Counted from the stretch's first letter, positions 49,193 through 57,966 are shown. The stretch is 60,795 nucleotides of DNA from an uncultured virus (IMG/VR IMGVR_UViG_3300031111_000236) (IMGVR_UViG_3300031111_000236); one strand, 5' to 3'. Program-made: numbers and translations. The notes: generated from the sequence alone by a model not told the origin.

Positions 49193-49582
49193 ATGGCGGA
49201 CAGCGGGTTGGACTGGCTGTTCGAGCTTATCGGCTCACTGGTCTACTCTTTCTTACTGGCTATCGGTGGGCTGTGGGCCTTGAGCAAGTTCGGAGTTCTT
49301 ACCTACGACCATAGGCTGGTTTTTCCAGCCTTCGTACTCATCCTCTTGGGACGATGGGTGTTCAGGTCGAAGAACAAGTCCAACACTAACGTTAAGAACG
49401 ATAACAGTGTGACCAAGACCTACAAGCAATACTTCTCATCGGGGGATGATGATGACAGCGAGGTCTGCCCTACTTGTGGTAGACCTCCTCGGGGTCCTCC
49501 ACCTGTGGGCCAGGCCCAGGTGATAGACTTGGGTAAGCCGAAGCGGACGAGGACACAGACAATACAGGAGGATTACAGATGA
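49193..49582 (+). CDS. membrane protein
   Basis: Two TM helices; CPTCGR. Confidence 0.65.
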   Translation: MADSGLDWLFELIGSLVYSFLLAIGGLWALSKFGVLTYDHRLVFPAFVLILLGRWVFRSKNKSNTNVKNDNSVTKTYKQYFSSGDDDDSEVCPTCGRPPRGPPPVGQAQVIDLGKPKRTRTQTIQEDYR

Positions 49583-49741
49583 CTGATAAAGTTAACCTGA
49601 CAGCAAGCCCAAACAGCGTCGTTATGACTTTTACCGACATTGAAGGTATGGTTATGATGACGGCGAACGAGGCAGAGGACTTGGGAACCAAGCTCTTGAA
49701 AATGGCAGACGCTTCGAGAGAACTCCCGAACTTGGACTGAT

Positions 49742-50590
49742 GTGAATAAAATGACCGAGAGAGCGATGTTGACCATAGATTTCGATTACTTCTGCCGTGA
49801 GAAGGTTATATGGGATTGGGGGCATAGCGAGGCTGGCGAAAGGCTCGGTATCTTCGTCAAGACTATATGGCCGATACGCTACATGAACCTCAAGCTCTAC
49901 GAGGAAACGGACCTTTCATACGCAGACTTCAAGCCATACGAACTGTGGATGAAGCTCAGAGAGCGGGGTATAAAGGTCGGCAAGCACACAAGGCTCGGGG
50001 TAGCTGAGAGCCATGAGATGGCCTATAAGTTCTTTCTCGATACTATTGACGATGTAGCGGTCATCTACAATTTCGATGCTCATCACGACCTCTACAGTAC
50101 TCATGCCCTTGACTGCGGTAATTGGGCTTATCACTTGGCCAAGGAAGTCAAGAAGAGGACAGGTGAGAAGCTCAAGGTGGTGTGGGTTTATCCACAGTGG
50201 GTAGGTATCGAGTGGTTCGACAAGCTCCCTATTGACGACGTAAAGCTCCCGAGAGGTGTCAAGAGGTACGTGGACTTCGAGTACATGACCTACGACGATA
50301 TCCCGAAGAAGCAGAGGCGTGTGGACGACTTGTTCGTGTGCAGGAGCGGTGCATGGGTCCCGCCACATCACGACCAGGCTTTCCTCGATATGCTTGGTAT
50401 GGGTTTGAACTTCTGGAATCTACCTCATGACAAGGTAGCCGACTACGGTATAATCCAGAGGAAGGCGATGTCCAGGGAACAGGCCGAAGAGCTATACGAG
50501 AGCTATCAAAAAAAAATTTCAATCTCACGAGCACACACTTCATCGTCAGGCGATGGGTCTACAAGCTCCATAGATTCTGGTTCAACGTGA
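49742..50590 (+). CDS. arginase/deacetylase-fold protein (UPF0489-like)
   Basis: TIDFDYF, ESH, NFDAHHD, DCGNW, CRSGAWVPP. Confidence 0.72.
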   Translation: MNKMTERAMLTIDFDYFCREKVIWDWGHSEAGERLGIFVKTIWPIRYMNLKLYEETDLSYADFKPYELWMKLRERGIKVGKHTRLGVAESHEMAYKFFLDTIDDVAVIYNFDAHHDLYSTHALDCGNWAYHLAKEVKKRTGEKLKVVWVYPQWVGIEWFDKLPIDDVKLPRGVKRYVDFEYMTYDDIPKKQRRVDDLFVCRSGAWVPPHHDQAFLDMLGMGLNFWNLPHDKVADYGIIQRKAMSREQAEELYESYQKKISISRAHTSSSGDGSTSSIDSGST

Positions 50591-50721
50591 GAAGGACCAG
50601 TAATCCAGACCGAGAACAGGTTTGGGAATCAGCCTTACCACCTCTCTAATCTCGTATTTATATTTTGCTCCTAACATATTTATATAGAACCCAGGATAGG
50701 TATCACATCAAGGTGATATCT

Positions 50722-51288
50722 ATGAGCAAGCCGAAAGGTTTCACTGATAACCCAGAGCGTCACAGACTCAACAGTGCTGGAATCCCGAATAAGACGGCCT
50801 TTTCTGCCCCTCAGCTACCTCCAGTCAAAACAGGTTTACCAGCGAGAGGTGTCTCACCCAAGCGTTCCGAGCGTAAGCAACCGCCGTTCGCAGAGAAGCA
50901 GTTGTCCGAGGTTGAGAAGATGGCTCGTGAAATGGTTGGTGATGGTGGGGACCCGAACAAGTTCTTCGTGTCTATCTACAGCGACTATGACTACATCCAC
51001 GAGGACGAGGACGGGGCTATGGCTCAGGAAGGCATCGACGACCTGATACCAGGCTTCGAGGGGAAAGGCGGGACTGTCAAGATGTTCGACTCTTGGAGCG
51101 AGGCCAAGGAGTACATAGAAGATGGATACGCCTATCTTGGCATGAAGGAGGACGACTTCATCGTGAACAGGATTGTGGTCGAGGACCGCAAGAACGGGGT
51201 CATCTATGAGCAGGTCAAGCTCTTCAACCCCAAGAACGGGACCATGAGAGAGGACATCCGTGATGACAGTGGGTGGCTCGACGAGTGA
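50722..51288 (+). CDS. RH-tag protein
   Basis: GFTDNPERHRLNSAGIPNKTAFS; AGGTGAT SD. Confidence 0.8.
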   Translation: MSKPKGFTDNPERHRLNSAGIPNKTAFSAPQLPPVKTGLPARGVSPKRSERKQPPFAEKQLSEVEKMAREMVGDGGDPNKFFVSIYSDYDYIHEDEDGAMAQEGIDDLIPGFEGKGGTVKMFDSWSEAKEYIEDGYAYLGMKEDDFIVNRIVVEDRKNGVIYEQVKLFNPKNGTMREDIRDDSGWLDE

Positions 51289-51299
51289 GGTGTTAGACA

Positions 51300-51569
51300 A
51301 TGGCGAAAAAAGGACAAATATGCAACCAACCGAACAAGTGGTTCTGGCTTGGTAACCCGCTCTTACTGTTCGGGTTGCCCCTGCTTTTCGTAGTGGGAGC
51401 TGTGGGACATAACGTCGTCTACGCTATCAACGAGATGGTAGGCGGGAACCTCGCTCTTGAGATACTTGAGGGTGCGCTCTTCCTTCTCGCAGTACCCTTT
51501 GCTCTGGTGTGGTTCGTGATAGCTATCATATACACCATCGTCAAGAGGGGGAGGTGTGGTTCATGGTAA
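51300..51569 (+). CDS. small membrane protein
   Basis: Two TM helices. Confidence 0.65.
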   Translation: MAKKGQICNQPNKWFWLGNPLLLFGLPLLFVVGAVGHNVVYAINEMVGGNLALEILEGALFLLAVPFALVWFVIAIIYTIVKRGRCGSW

Positions 51570-51769
51570 AGGAGGGTGGGTGGAAGAAGACCATCACGGC
51601 CCTTACGTTCATCGTGTTGGGACTGTTCGCTGTCATTACAGCGACTATACTCATCGGGGCCGACATCCTGGGGGACGTGTTCAGATACCTGCTACCTTGG
51701 GGCCTGGTACTCTTGGGCATCTTTTCGGCGATAGGGTTCACCGTTGCACTGAAGGATAGGAAAAGATGA
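51563..51769 (+). CDS. small membrane protein
   Basis: Two TM helices; GGAGGTG SD. Confidence 0.65.
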   Translation: MVKEGGWKKTITALTFIVLGLFAVITATILIGADILGDVFRYLLPWGLVLLGIFSAIGFTVALKDRKR

Positions 51770-51773
51770 TATC

Positions 51774-52694
51774 ATGAAAGCGAAAGGCTTCCCAGGTAAC
51801 CCTGTGAGACACTCATTGTCTTCCAGAGGTATTCACAATCGGGTTGGGGTGTTCGCCACACCACAGTCACGACAAGAGATTATCAACGCTTTCAACTTCG
51901 CTGTCAAGTACAACGAGCAGATGCGTGAGAAGGTCAAAGACATCAAGGTGAAGTACTACAGTCAAGGTAACCTCTTGAGCAATCCTGTTGATAGTCTTCT
52001 GATAGATGATAAGCTGGAAGAAAGGCGGCCAAGGGTACTCTACGAACTGGTACAGGATATGTTCAGAGAGAAGGGTATAGAGAACATCAATGTACATGAC
52101 TCCGACATGAAACCTCTCATGGACCTCTTGGAGCAGAACGGGTATCCAGAGGAGCTGAACTTCAGAATAATCGAGAACTGGATAGACAGAACGTATGTCC
52201 AGAGGTCTGACGATTTTGCATTGAAAAACCTTACCAGCGTCGCTGACGGCGGCCTGTACGGGAGGTATAGCACCGCCAGTGTACAGAGAACAGATGGTTT
52301 TGGTAAGAAAGTTCCCACTTTCAGGACTGGCTCAAAGGCTAACTTCAGGATTTACAACGAGGACAGCTCGTGGGGTACACCCAGGATGAAGTGGAGCGAG
52401 GTTGACAAGCTGAGGGCTATCGAGAAGCTCATCCTCCTGACGTTCGATAATAGGCTCGACCCGAGTGAGGATATACCGACTGACATAGCCCGTATGTACG
52501 ATACGCAGTACAGGGACCCAAAGCCTGTGACACCTCATGACAAGCACTCTGTATCCCCGAGCACGAGGATAGGCAAATACGTCGAAGCCGTGAAGTGGTA
52601 TAAGAACAACAAGTTCGAAATCATCTTCAGGAGCGAAGACATGGCCAGGAAGGTAGAGGAGCGTTTCAAAGTCCTCTTCCCGAACAAGTTCTGA
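51774..52694 (+). CDS. RH-tag protein, IEKLIL family member 1
   Basis: GFPGNPVRHSLSSRGIHNRVGVFA; IEKLILLTFD; SPSTRIGKYV. Confidence 0.8.
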   Translation: MKAKGFPGNPVRHSLSSRGIHNRVGVFATPQSRQEIINAFNFAVKYNEQMREKVKDIKVKYYSQGNLLSNPVDSLLIDDKLEERRPRVLYELVQDMFREKGIENINVHDSDMKPLMDLLEQNGYPEELNFRIIENWIDRTYVQRSDDFALKNLTSVADGGLYGRYSTASVQRTDGFGKKVPTFRTGSKANFRIYNEDSSWGTPRMKWSEVDKLRAIEKLILLTFDNRLDPSEDIPTDIARMYDTQYRDPKPVTPHDKHSVSPSTRIGKYVEAVKWYKNNKFEIIFRSEDMARKVEERFKVLFPNKF

Positions 52695-52706
52695 GGACGT
52701 TAGACA

Positions 52707-53588
52707 ATGACAGGATTCCCAGGCGACCCGAATAGACACGCCCTATGTTCGAAGGGTATATCCAATCAGCCTGGGGTATTCGCATCTCCGCAGTTCCGAG
52801 CAAACATGGCCAAAGCCTACAACGATATTCAATTTCATGACTCCGAGATAGACCGTATTATCAAGCTCTACGGCGATATGTACTATAGGGATAATCCGAA
52901 ACAGAACCCGCTCCTCTTGAAACGAGACGGTGCACCAGATGAGTTCAAGTCGAATGTGATAAGTGCCATTGCTAATGACTTTGTAGATGATAATCCAGAC
53001 GCTATACCTCTCGGGGAGTCGGGAAAGGTAAATGACCTTCTTGACCTACCTGTGGACGGCAATAGAATAGAGGCGTGGCTTCAGGATACTCTTGTTACGA
53101 AGGCGGACGACGTAATGATGGGGAACATCAAGGTGGATGCAGAAAAGATACTCTATGGTGTGTATCGCAAGGGCTATGGCGTATCGCCACGTCCGAAGTT
53201 CCGTGATGACGATACAATCGTGCTCCGTGCTACTGGTACAAAAGACCTCAACAACAAGATAGCCATGAGTTGGTACGCTCAAGAGGGTATCGATGGTATA
53301 GAGAAGCTAATCCTCATGGCTTTTGACAAGAGGATAAGTCCCGCAGACCCTTTCGGTAAGCTGGTGATGCGGGATATCTATCGTCACTACATTGGTTATA
53401 GGAGAGCATACGCACCGCACCAGATATCGCCTTCTACCCCTGTTGGTAAGTACGTTAGTAAGGTAGAGTGGGACGGTGATGAGTTACGTGTCACGTTCAG
53501 AAGCATCGATATGGCCAAGCACTTCGAAAAGGAGATGTGGGAGCTGTATCCTGACAAATTCAAAACTGCGAGATTACCAGGGAGATGA
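52707..53588 (+). CDS. RH-tag protein, IEKLIL family member 2
   Basis: GFPGDPNRHALCSKGISNQPGVFA; IEKLILMAFD; SPSTPVGKYV. Confidence 0.8.
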   Translation: MTGFPGDPNRHALCSKGISNQPGVFASPQFRANMAKAYNDIQFHDSEIDRIIKLYGDMYYRDNPKQNPLLLKRDGAPDEFKSNVISAIANDFVDDNPDAIPLGESGKVNDLLDLPVDGNRIEAWLQDTLVTKADDVMMGNIKVDAEKILYGVYRKGYGVSPRPKFRDDDTIVLRATGTKDLNNKIAMSWYAQEGIDGIEKLILMAFDKRISPADPFGKLVMRDIYRHYIGYRRAYAPHQISPSTPVGKYVSKVEWDGDELRVTFRSIDMAKHFEKEMWELYPDKFKTARLPGR

Positions 53589-53592
53589 AATC

Positions 53593-54525
53593 ATGAGCGG
53601 CAAGAAGAAAGGGTTCACAGACAACCCATTGACACACGGACTGAACGCACGTGGTGTACCCAACCAGAGAGCGTTCGCTAACAAAGCAGGAGAGTGGGAA
53701 CCAGAGATGAAACCCGTCACCGTTACGTTCACAGGGGACGACATAAAGAAGATAAACCCCGTTTTCAGGGACGTAATGGGTATGGATTTTGACAGTCGCT
53801 TTCATGGAGAGCTTGCGGACACATATAGTGAAAGCCACAAGAAGCTCAAGGCTATAGAGAAGGTGGCCAGCTTCAGTGGATACCCGTTCGAAGAGGAGTG
53901 GAAAAAGGAGTTTGGGAACGTCTTTGGGTATGCTGATAACCCTGCCGCCTACATGACCGATGAGTACAGGGTCAACACCCGCAAGTTCCTTGAGACCAGA
54001 GACAATGCCGCTCTCAAGGCTCTCAAGAGGTCGGTCATCAAGAACATGAAGAGTCACCCTGACAACAACGTCCTCATGACCAAGCACATCGTGGACATCG
54101 GTCTCATTGACGAGATACTACAAGAGCGTGGCGAGTCTACCGATGTCGAGGGTAGCAAGGACTTCATCAAGATGTCCGAGACCTTCAAGAAGGAAGGAGC
54201 CGCCTTCGCCTCCCCACAGGTCTTTGCGTCCGCTGAGATGAAAGGGTGGGAGAAGAACAAGGTAGTCGAGATGGACGAGGAGGACATCGAAATATTCGAT
54301 GCCAAGACCCAGAAGATGATACGCAAGTACATGAAGAAGGGCGACCTCTACTATATGTTCGGCTTCCTGGTCTTCGAGGACGACAAGTCTCTGCGCATAG
54401 TTGGCGAGAACGACTCCTACGACAAGTACACCATCAGGATGAGAACCAAGAACTTCGACAAGGTGTATGACCGTCTCGACGGGGCCGATGGTGGGGTCTA
54501 CGCTACAACAGAGGGCTGGAAGTAG
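53593..54525 (+). CDS. RH-tag two-domain protein
   Basis: GFTDNPLTHGLNARGVPNQRAFA; internal AAFASPQVFAS. Confidence 0.8.
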   Translation: MSGKKKGFTDNPLTHGLNARGVPNQRAFANKAGEWEPEMKPVTVTFTGDDIKKINPVFRDVMGMDFDSRFHGELADTYSESHKKLKAIEKVASFSGYPFEEEWKKEFGNVFGYADNPAAYMTDEYRVNTRKFLETRDNAALKALKRSVIKNMKSHPDNNVLMTKHIVDIGLIDEILQERGESTDVEGSKDFIKMSETFKKEGAAFASPQVFASAEMKGWEKNKVVEMDEEDIEIFDAKTQKMIRKYMKKGDLYYMFGFLVFEDDKSLRIVGENDSYDKYTIRMRTKNFDKVYDRLDGADGGVYATTEGWK

Positions 54526-54537
54526 AGGTGATACCTC

Positions 54538-54828
54538 TTGACATGGCGTATCAGTGAGATTGCACTCGTTGTTTCAGGTGTAATCTCGTTCATAATGTCG
54601 TGGGTAATGGAGATATACTTCCATTACATCAGTGATTACAAGCCAGAAACCGTGCCAGAGGACCTCTTCTGGCGTGCAGAGATACCGATAGCTATAGGGT
54701 CAACTACCTTGTTCGTGGGTGGTATTATTCTCGTCGTAATCGGTATCTATCTACATAGAAAGAGGTCGAGTTGCGAGGTATCTGGGTATAGGGATAAATC
54801 GTGCAAGAGGCTCAAGGGCCGCCTTTAG
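54538..54828 (+). CDS. small membrane protein
   Basis: Two TM helices; Cys-pair basic tail; GAGGTGAT SD. Confidence 0.65.
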   Translation: MTWRISEIALVVSGVISFIMSWVMEIYFHYISDYKPETVPEDLFWRAEIPIAIGSTTLFVGGIILVVIGIYLHRKRSSCEVSGYRDKSCKRLKGRL

Positions 54829-54908
54829 ACGTATTGTCTTCAGAACGCAGGGGTCCGCCGCCCTCTTTATTAATACCGCTATCCCATATTAGTCGTGGTG
54901 ATAGCAAA

Positions 54909-55925
54909 ATGGTGCAGAACGATTTACTACACGAGATGTCCCTTCTCCATGCGGGTGAGAAGGTCAATGGTCTGAGGAGGCACGTGAGCATCTTCTTCGC
55001 AGAGATGGAGGGCAAGCGCATCCACGTTGCTGGATGCGGAGGCTTTACCTACGCTTATTGGGAGGCTTGGGTTCCCGCTTCTATCGTAGCAATACACTTC
55101 GATGTGGACGGTTACAGGAACGCCATGACCTACCCCATGTGGGCAAATATCAAGGTCTACCCTATGTCACGTGACAAGGCCGACAAGTATCAGGACCGTG
55201 TTGATACGGCAAGGTTGACAGTAGAGAGGGGCAAGTACAAGGCTCACGCCGAGAGCATTGAGGCAAGGCTCAAGGCCCGTGAACGGGACCAGGCTGAGAC
55301 TGATGAAAAGCCCGAGCCCAAGGTCGTCAGGAAGAAGCCGAAGCGCATGAAGCCCGAGGAGTACCAGCGGATGGTCACTAACGTTCTGGGATGCCACGAC
55401 TGCCCCCACGCTCACAGGGCGAGGCAGAAGCTCGAAGAGCTTACCGATTACAACCTCAGCAGGAGGTCGTCTTTTGACCGTCCCAAGTACGAGGGAAAGC
55501 ACCCCGACAAGCCCAAGTGCCTGATAACCCATCACAAGGAGCCTGGCTCCTCTTGCGGGTGCGGTCACAAGATAACCAGCGTTTTCACTGTTAAGGTCTC
55601 TCCGAAGGAGGAGTACATCATGGGGAGCACGTGCGTCCTCGCTCTTCCTTGCATCCTTGAGAAGTTCTACGAGATTCTTGGGCACTACGTCGGCGGTGGC
55701 TACAACAAGGCCAACGGTGACTACATGGTCTCCATGCTCAGGGCTGTTGAGCGCAAGGATAAGAAGGACCTCGAAGAGAAGGAGTCCGACAAGGATGCCC
55801 GTTTCAAGAAGAACATCGGGTATGGTGAGGGCATGGCGGAGAGCGAGTCCGACCAGGAGACCCTGACACGCTACAACATCGAGAACGTACAAGAGGCCGA
55901 AGAGCAGACCAAGGAGGAGTCCTGA
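54909..55925 (+). CDS. hypothetical protein with Zn-binding motif
   Basis: CGCGHKI...MGSTC; ATTGTCTT promoter. Confidence 0.75.
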   Translation: MVQNDLLHEMSLLHAGEKVNGLRRHVSIFFAEMEGKRIHVAGCGGFTYAYWEAWVPASIVAIHFDVDGYRNAMTYPMWANIKVYPMSRDKADKYQDRVDTARLTVERGKYKAHAESIEARLKARERDQAETDEKPEPKVVRKKPKRMKPEEYQRMVTNVLGCHDCPHAHRARQKLEELTDYNLSRRSSFDRPKYEGKHPDKPKCLITHHKEPGSSCGCGHKITSVFTVKVSPKEEYIMGSTCVLALPCILEKFYEILGHYVGGGYNKANGDYMVSMLRAVERKDKKDLEEKESDKDARFKKNIGYGEGMAESESDQETLTRYNIENVQEAEEQTKEES

Positions 55926-56167
55926 TGCCGCTCTGCCGCTCTTGCAGGGAACGAGCACACGTAAGGACCTTCCTACGAGGCTTTTTCTTCTTTCCCCACT
56001 TCTGCGAGGACAAGAGGCAGGAGCCGAAGGTCGAGTACTTCGGACCTGTCAAGGTCTGCGACTTATGCGGTCACAAGCACAGGGACTACAGGGAGATATA
56101 CCCGAAGGTCTTTGTTTGGACTATCAGCCAGATGATAAAGGTCACGAAGGCCGAAGGGCTATGGTGA
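55925..56167 (+). CDS. small Zn-binding protein
   Basis: TGATG overlap; CRSC, CDLC. Confidence 0.55.
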   Translation: MPLCRSCRERAHVRTFLRGFFFFPHFCEDKRQEPKVEYFGPVKVCDLCGHKHRDYREIYPKVFVWTISQMIKVTKAEGLW

Positions 56168-56171
56168 TATC

Positions 56172-56540
56172 ATGAACTATTCAGATAAGATGATAGAGGT
56201 CATGACAAAGGAAGGGTTTGACCACGATTGGGTCAAGAAGCTGGCCGAGGAGAACCCTACTAACGTCTACTACGAGCCAGAGATGCGGCTCAAGTGTCAG
56301 GGCATCTACATGGTCCTGGTAGACATCCCGTGCAAGCAAGGGACCGTGTTGGACCGCATGACCGACGAGTTCGGGTCAGCCGACTTTGAGCCTCATACGG
56401 TAATATGGCTCGTGAACAAGTGCGTGGGTCACTCAAAGAACAAGGAGAAGCAACCGTGGATGAACAAGGTGTACAAGGACATCTGCGAGGTTGCTTACTT
56501 CTGTACAGTCATGTATGACGTTCTCAACTTATGGGATTAG
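56172..56540 (+). CDS. hypothetical protein
   Basis: GGTGAT SD. Confidence 0.65.
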   Translation: MNYSDKMIEVMTKEGFDHDWVKKLAEENPTNVYYEPEMRLKCQGIYMVLVDIPCKQGTVLDRMTDEFGSADFEPHTVIWLVNKCVGHSKNKEKQPWMNKVYKDICEVAYFCTVMYDVLNLWD

Positions 56541-56552
56541 GAGAGCGATAAA

Positions 56553-56804
56553 ATGCCAGCGGTCATAATCAAGACGAAACAAGCCTGGCTTGACCAGGCT
56601 AACAAGGCGAACGAGGCTATGCAAGCCAGGATGGAGAAGCTCGGGAAACCGATAACACTCAATGAGTTTGCAGAGACCGACTACGAGCAGTTCTGCCTCC
56701 TCATAGAGGCTATGCACGCTCTTGGGGCCAAGGTATCTCAAGAGCTTATGAACAAGGCTCAGATGCGGCCCGTGGACGAGGTTCTCGGGCTACCAACAGA
56801 GTAG
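56553..56804 (+). CDS. hypothetical protein
   Basis: GGAG SD. Confidence 0.6.
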   Translation: MPAVIIKTKQAWLDQANKANEAMQARMEKLGKPITLNEFAETDYEQFCLLIEAMHALGAKVSQELMNKAQMRPVDEVLGLPTE

Positions 56805-56814
56805 GTGGGAAGAT

Positions 56815-57267
56815 ATGAACAAGAACAGGATGTTAGGGATGATGGCAAGGTACGTGAGACAGCTCAAAAGGGCTCTTGACCATGCTCACTCGTTCGGGAT
56901 ACCCAACACGGGTTCACCAAACGTCGTGATAGAGATGGCTCAGGCACAAGGGAAGGCGAGCCTGATAATGGACCTGCTCTACGGCTACAGGCTGGAGTAC
57001 TTTAAGAAGGTCAGGGAGGAGTTCAAGGTGATGTACCCTGACAAGGACTTCGATAAGGCTGAGCAGGTGGAGAGAGACCAGGCCGCATCAGTAGCTGACG
57101 AGAAGTACAAGGACCTCACACAGCTACACGCAATCGAGGTAGACCTTCACGACAACTATCCTCTCGTTTTCAGATACGGCCAGGACGGGGTTAGGATACA
57201 GGACATGGGCTCCCTCTTGGAGCAGTCGAAAGACTTCGAGAAGAAGTATCTCGGGCACATCCTTTAG
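56815..57267 (+). CDS. hypothetical protein
   Basis: AGGTG SD. Confidence 0.65.
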   Translation: MNKNRMLGMMARYVRQLKRALDHAHSFGIPNTGSPNVVIEMAQAQGKASLIMDLLYGYRLEYFKKVREEFKVMYPDKDFDKAEQVERDQAASVADEKYKDLTQLHAIEVDLHDNYPLVFRYGQDGVRIQDMGSLLEQSKDFEKKYLGHIL

Positions 57268-57387
57268 GACCCGCAACTTTAAATATTTCGTGACTGTCGA
57301 TTGACTGGAGAGAAGTCAGCCATAATTTCACTCCAATGGTGGGGTCAGAGTGGCCCCACCTACCAATCATTAATCATGGGTGCGAGT

Positions 57388-57966
57388 ATGACACCAAAGA
57401 ACAGGAAAAGAAAACCTCCGTCTGGGATATGGAATCTCGATGGTGGTTTCGAAGAGGAGATTTTCGGGGCCTATCAAGAGGTCCTTGCCGAAAGTAACGT
57501 TCACTGCCATAGTGAGGATATGTTAGGGTTCGTTCCCGAGGACGATGACGGGTATCCAGTATTCATGTTCGAAAACGAGCACATCTACAATCTTCTCCTT
57601 GGTGGTATCAATGTCAGCCAGAGGATATGCCGCTATCTGTTGACAGAGGACGAGACAGGGGACCAGTTCGAGGTCTTGAGTATAGAAATCCTGTTGGAAG
57701 AGGCCGACTACACCATAGGGTTCGGTCTTCCGCCAATGCCACGTAACGAACTCCTCATGACAGCCCTCTTGGAGCACGAGACAATACGTGTAGTGTTCGG
57801 TGACGGTGAAGGTGAGGCATGGTGTATCGAGGTGGATATGCTTAATTCCCATGAAGATATACAGCACCTACTCGATGACTTCATCAAGGTAGTACCTGTT
57901 TTTGTACAGGAGGCTATCACGGAGCAAGAGGAAGACCTCTTGGAGGATGTATATGAGGGGACCTGA
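57388..57966 (+). CDS. acidic hypothetical protein
   Basis: Promoter at 57269; start 57376 or 57388. Confidence 0.65.
   Translation: MTPKNRKRKPPSGIWNLDGGFEEEIFGAYQEVLAESNVHCHSEDMLGFVPEDDDGYPVFMFENEHIYNLLLGGINVSQRICRYLLTEDETGDQFEVLSIEILLEEADYTIGFGLPPMPRNELLMTALLEHETIRVVFGDGEGEAWCIEVDMLNSHEDIQHLLDDFIKVVPVFVQEAITEQEEDLLEDVYEGT

Noticed and set aside
4108..51822. ATTGTCTT at 4108, 31713 and 51815 as regulon members
   Set aside because: 4108 lies downstream of its TATA box; the other two are inside coding sequence (Leu-Ser of the RH tag) with no TATA at the expected distance.
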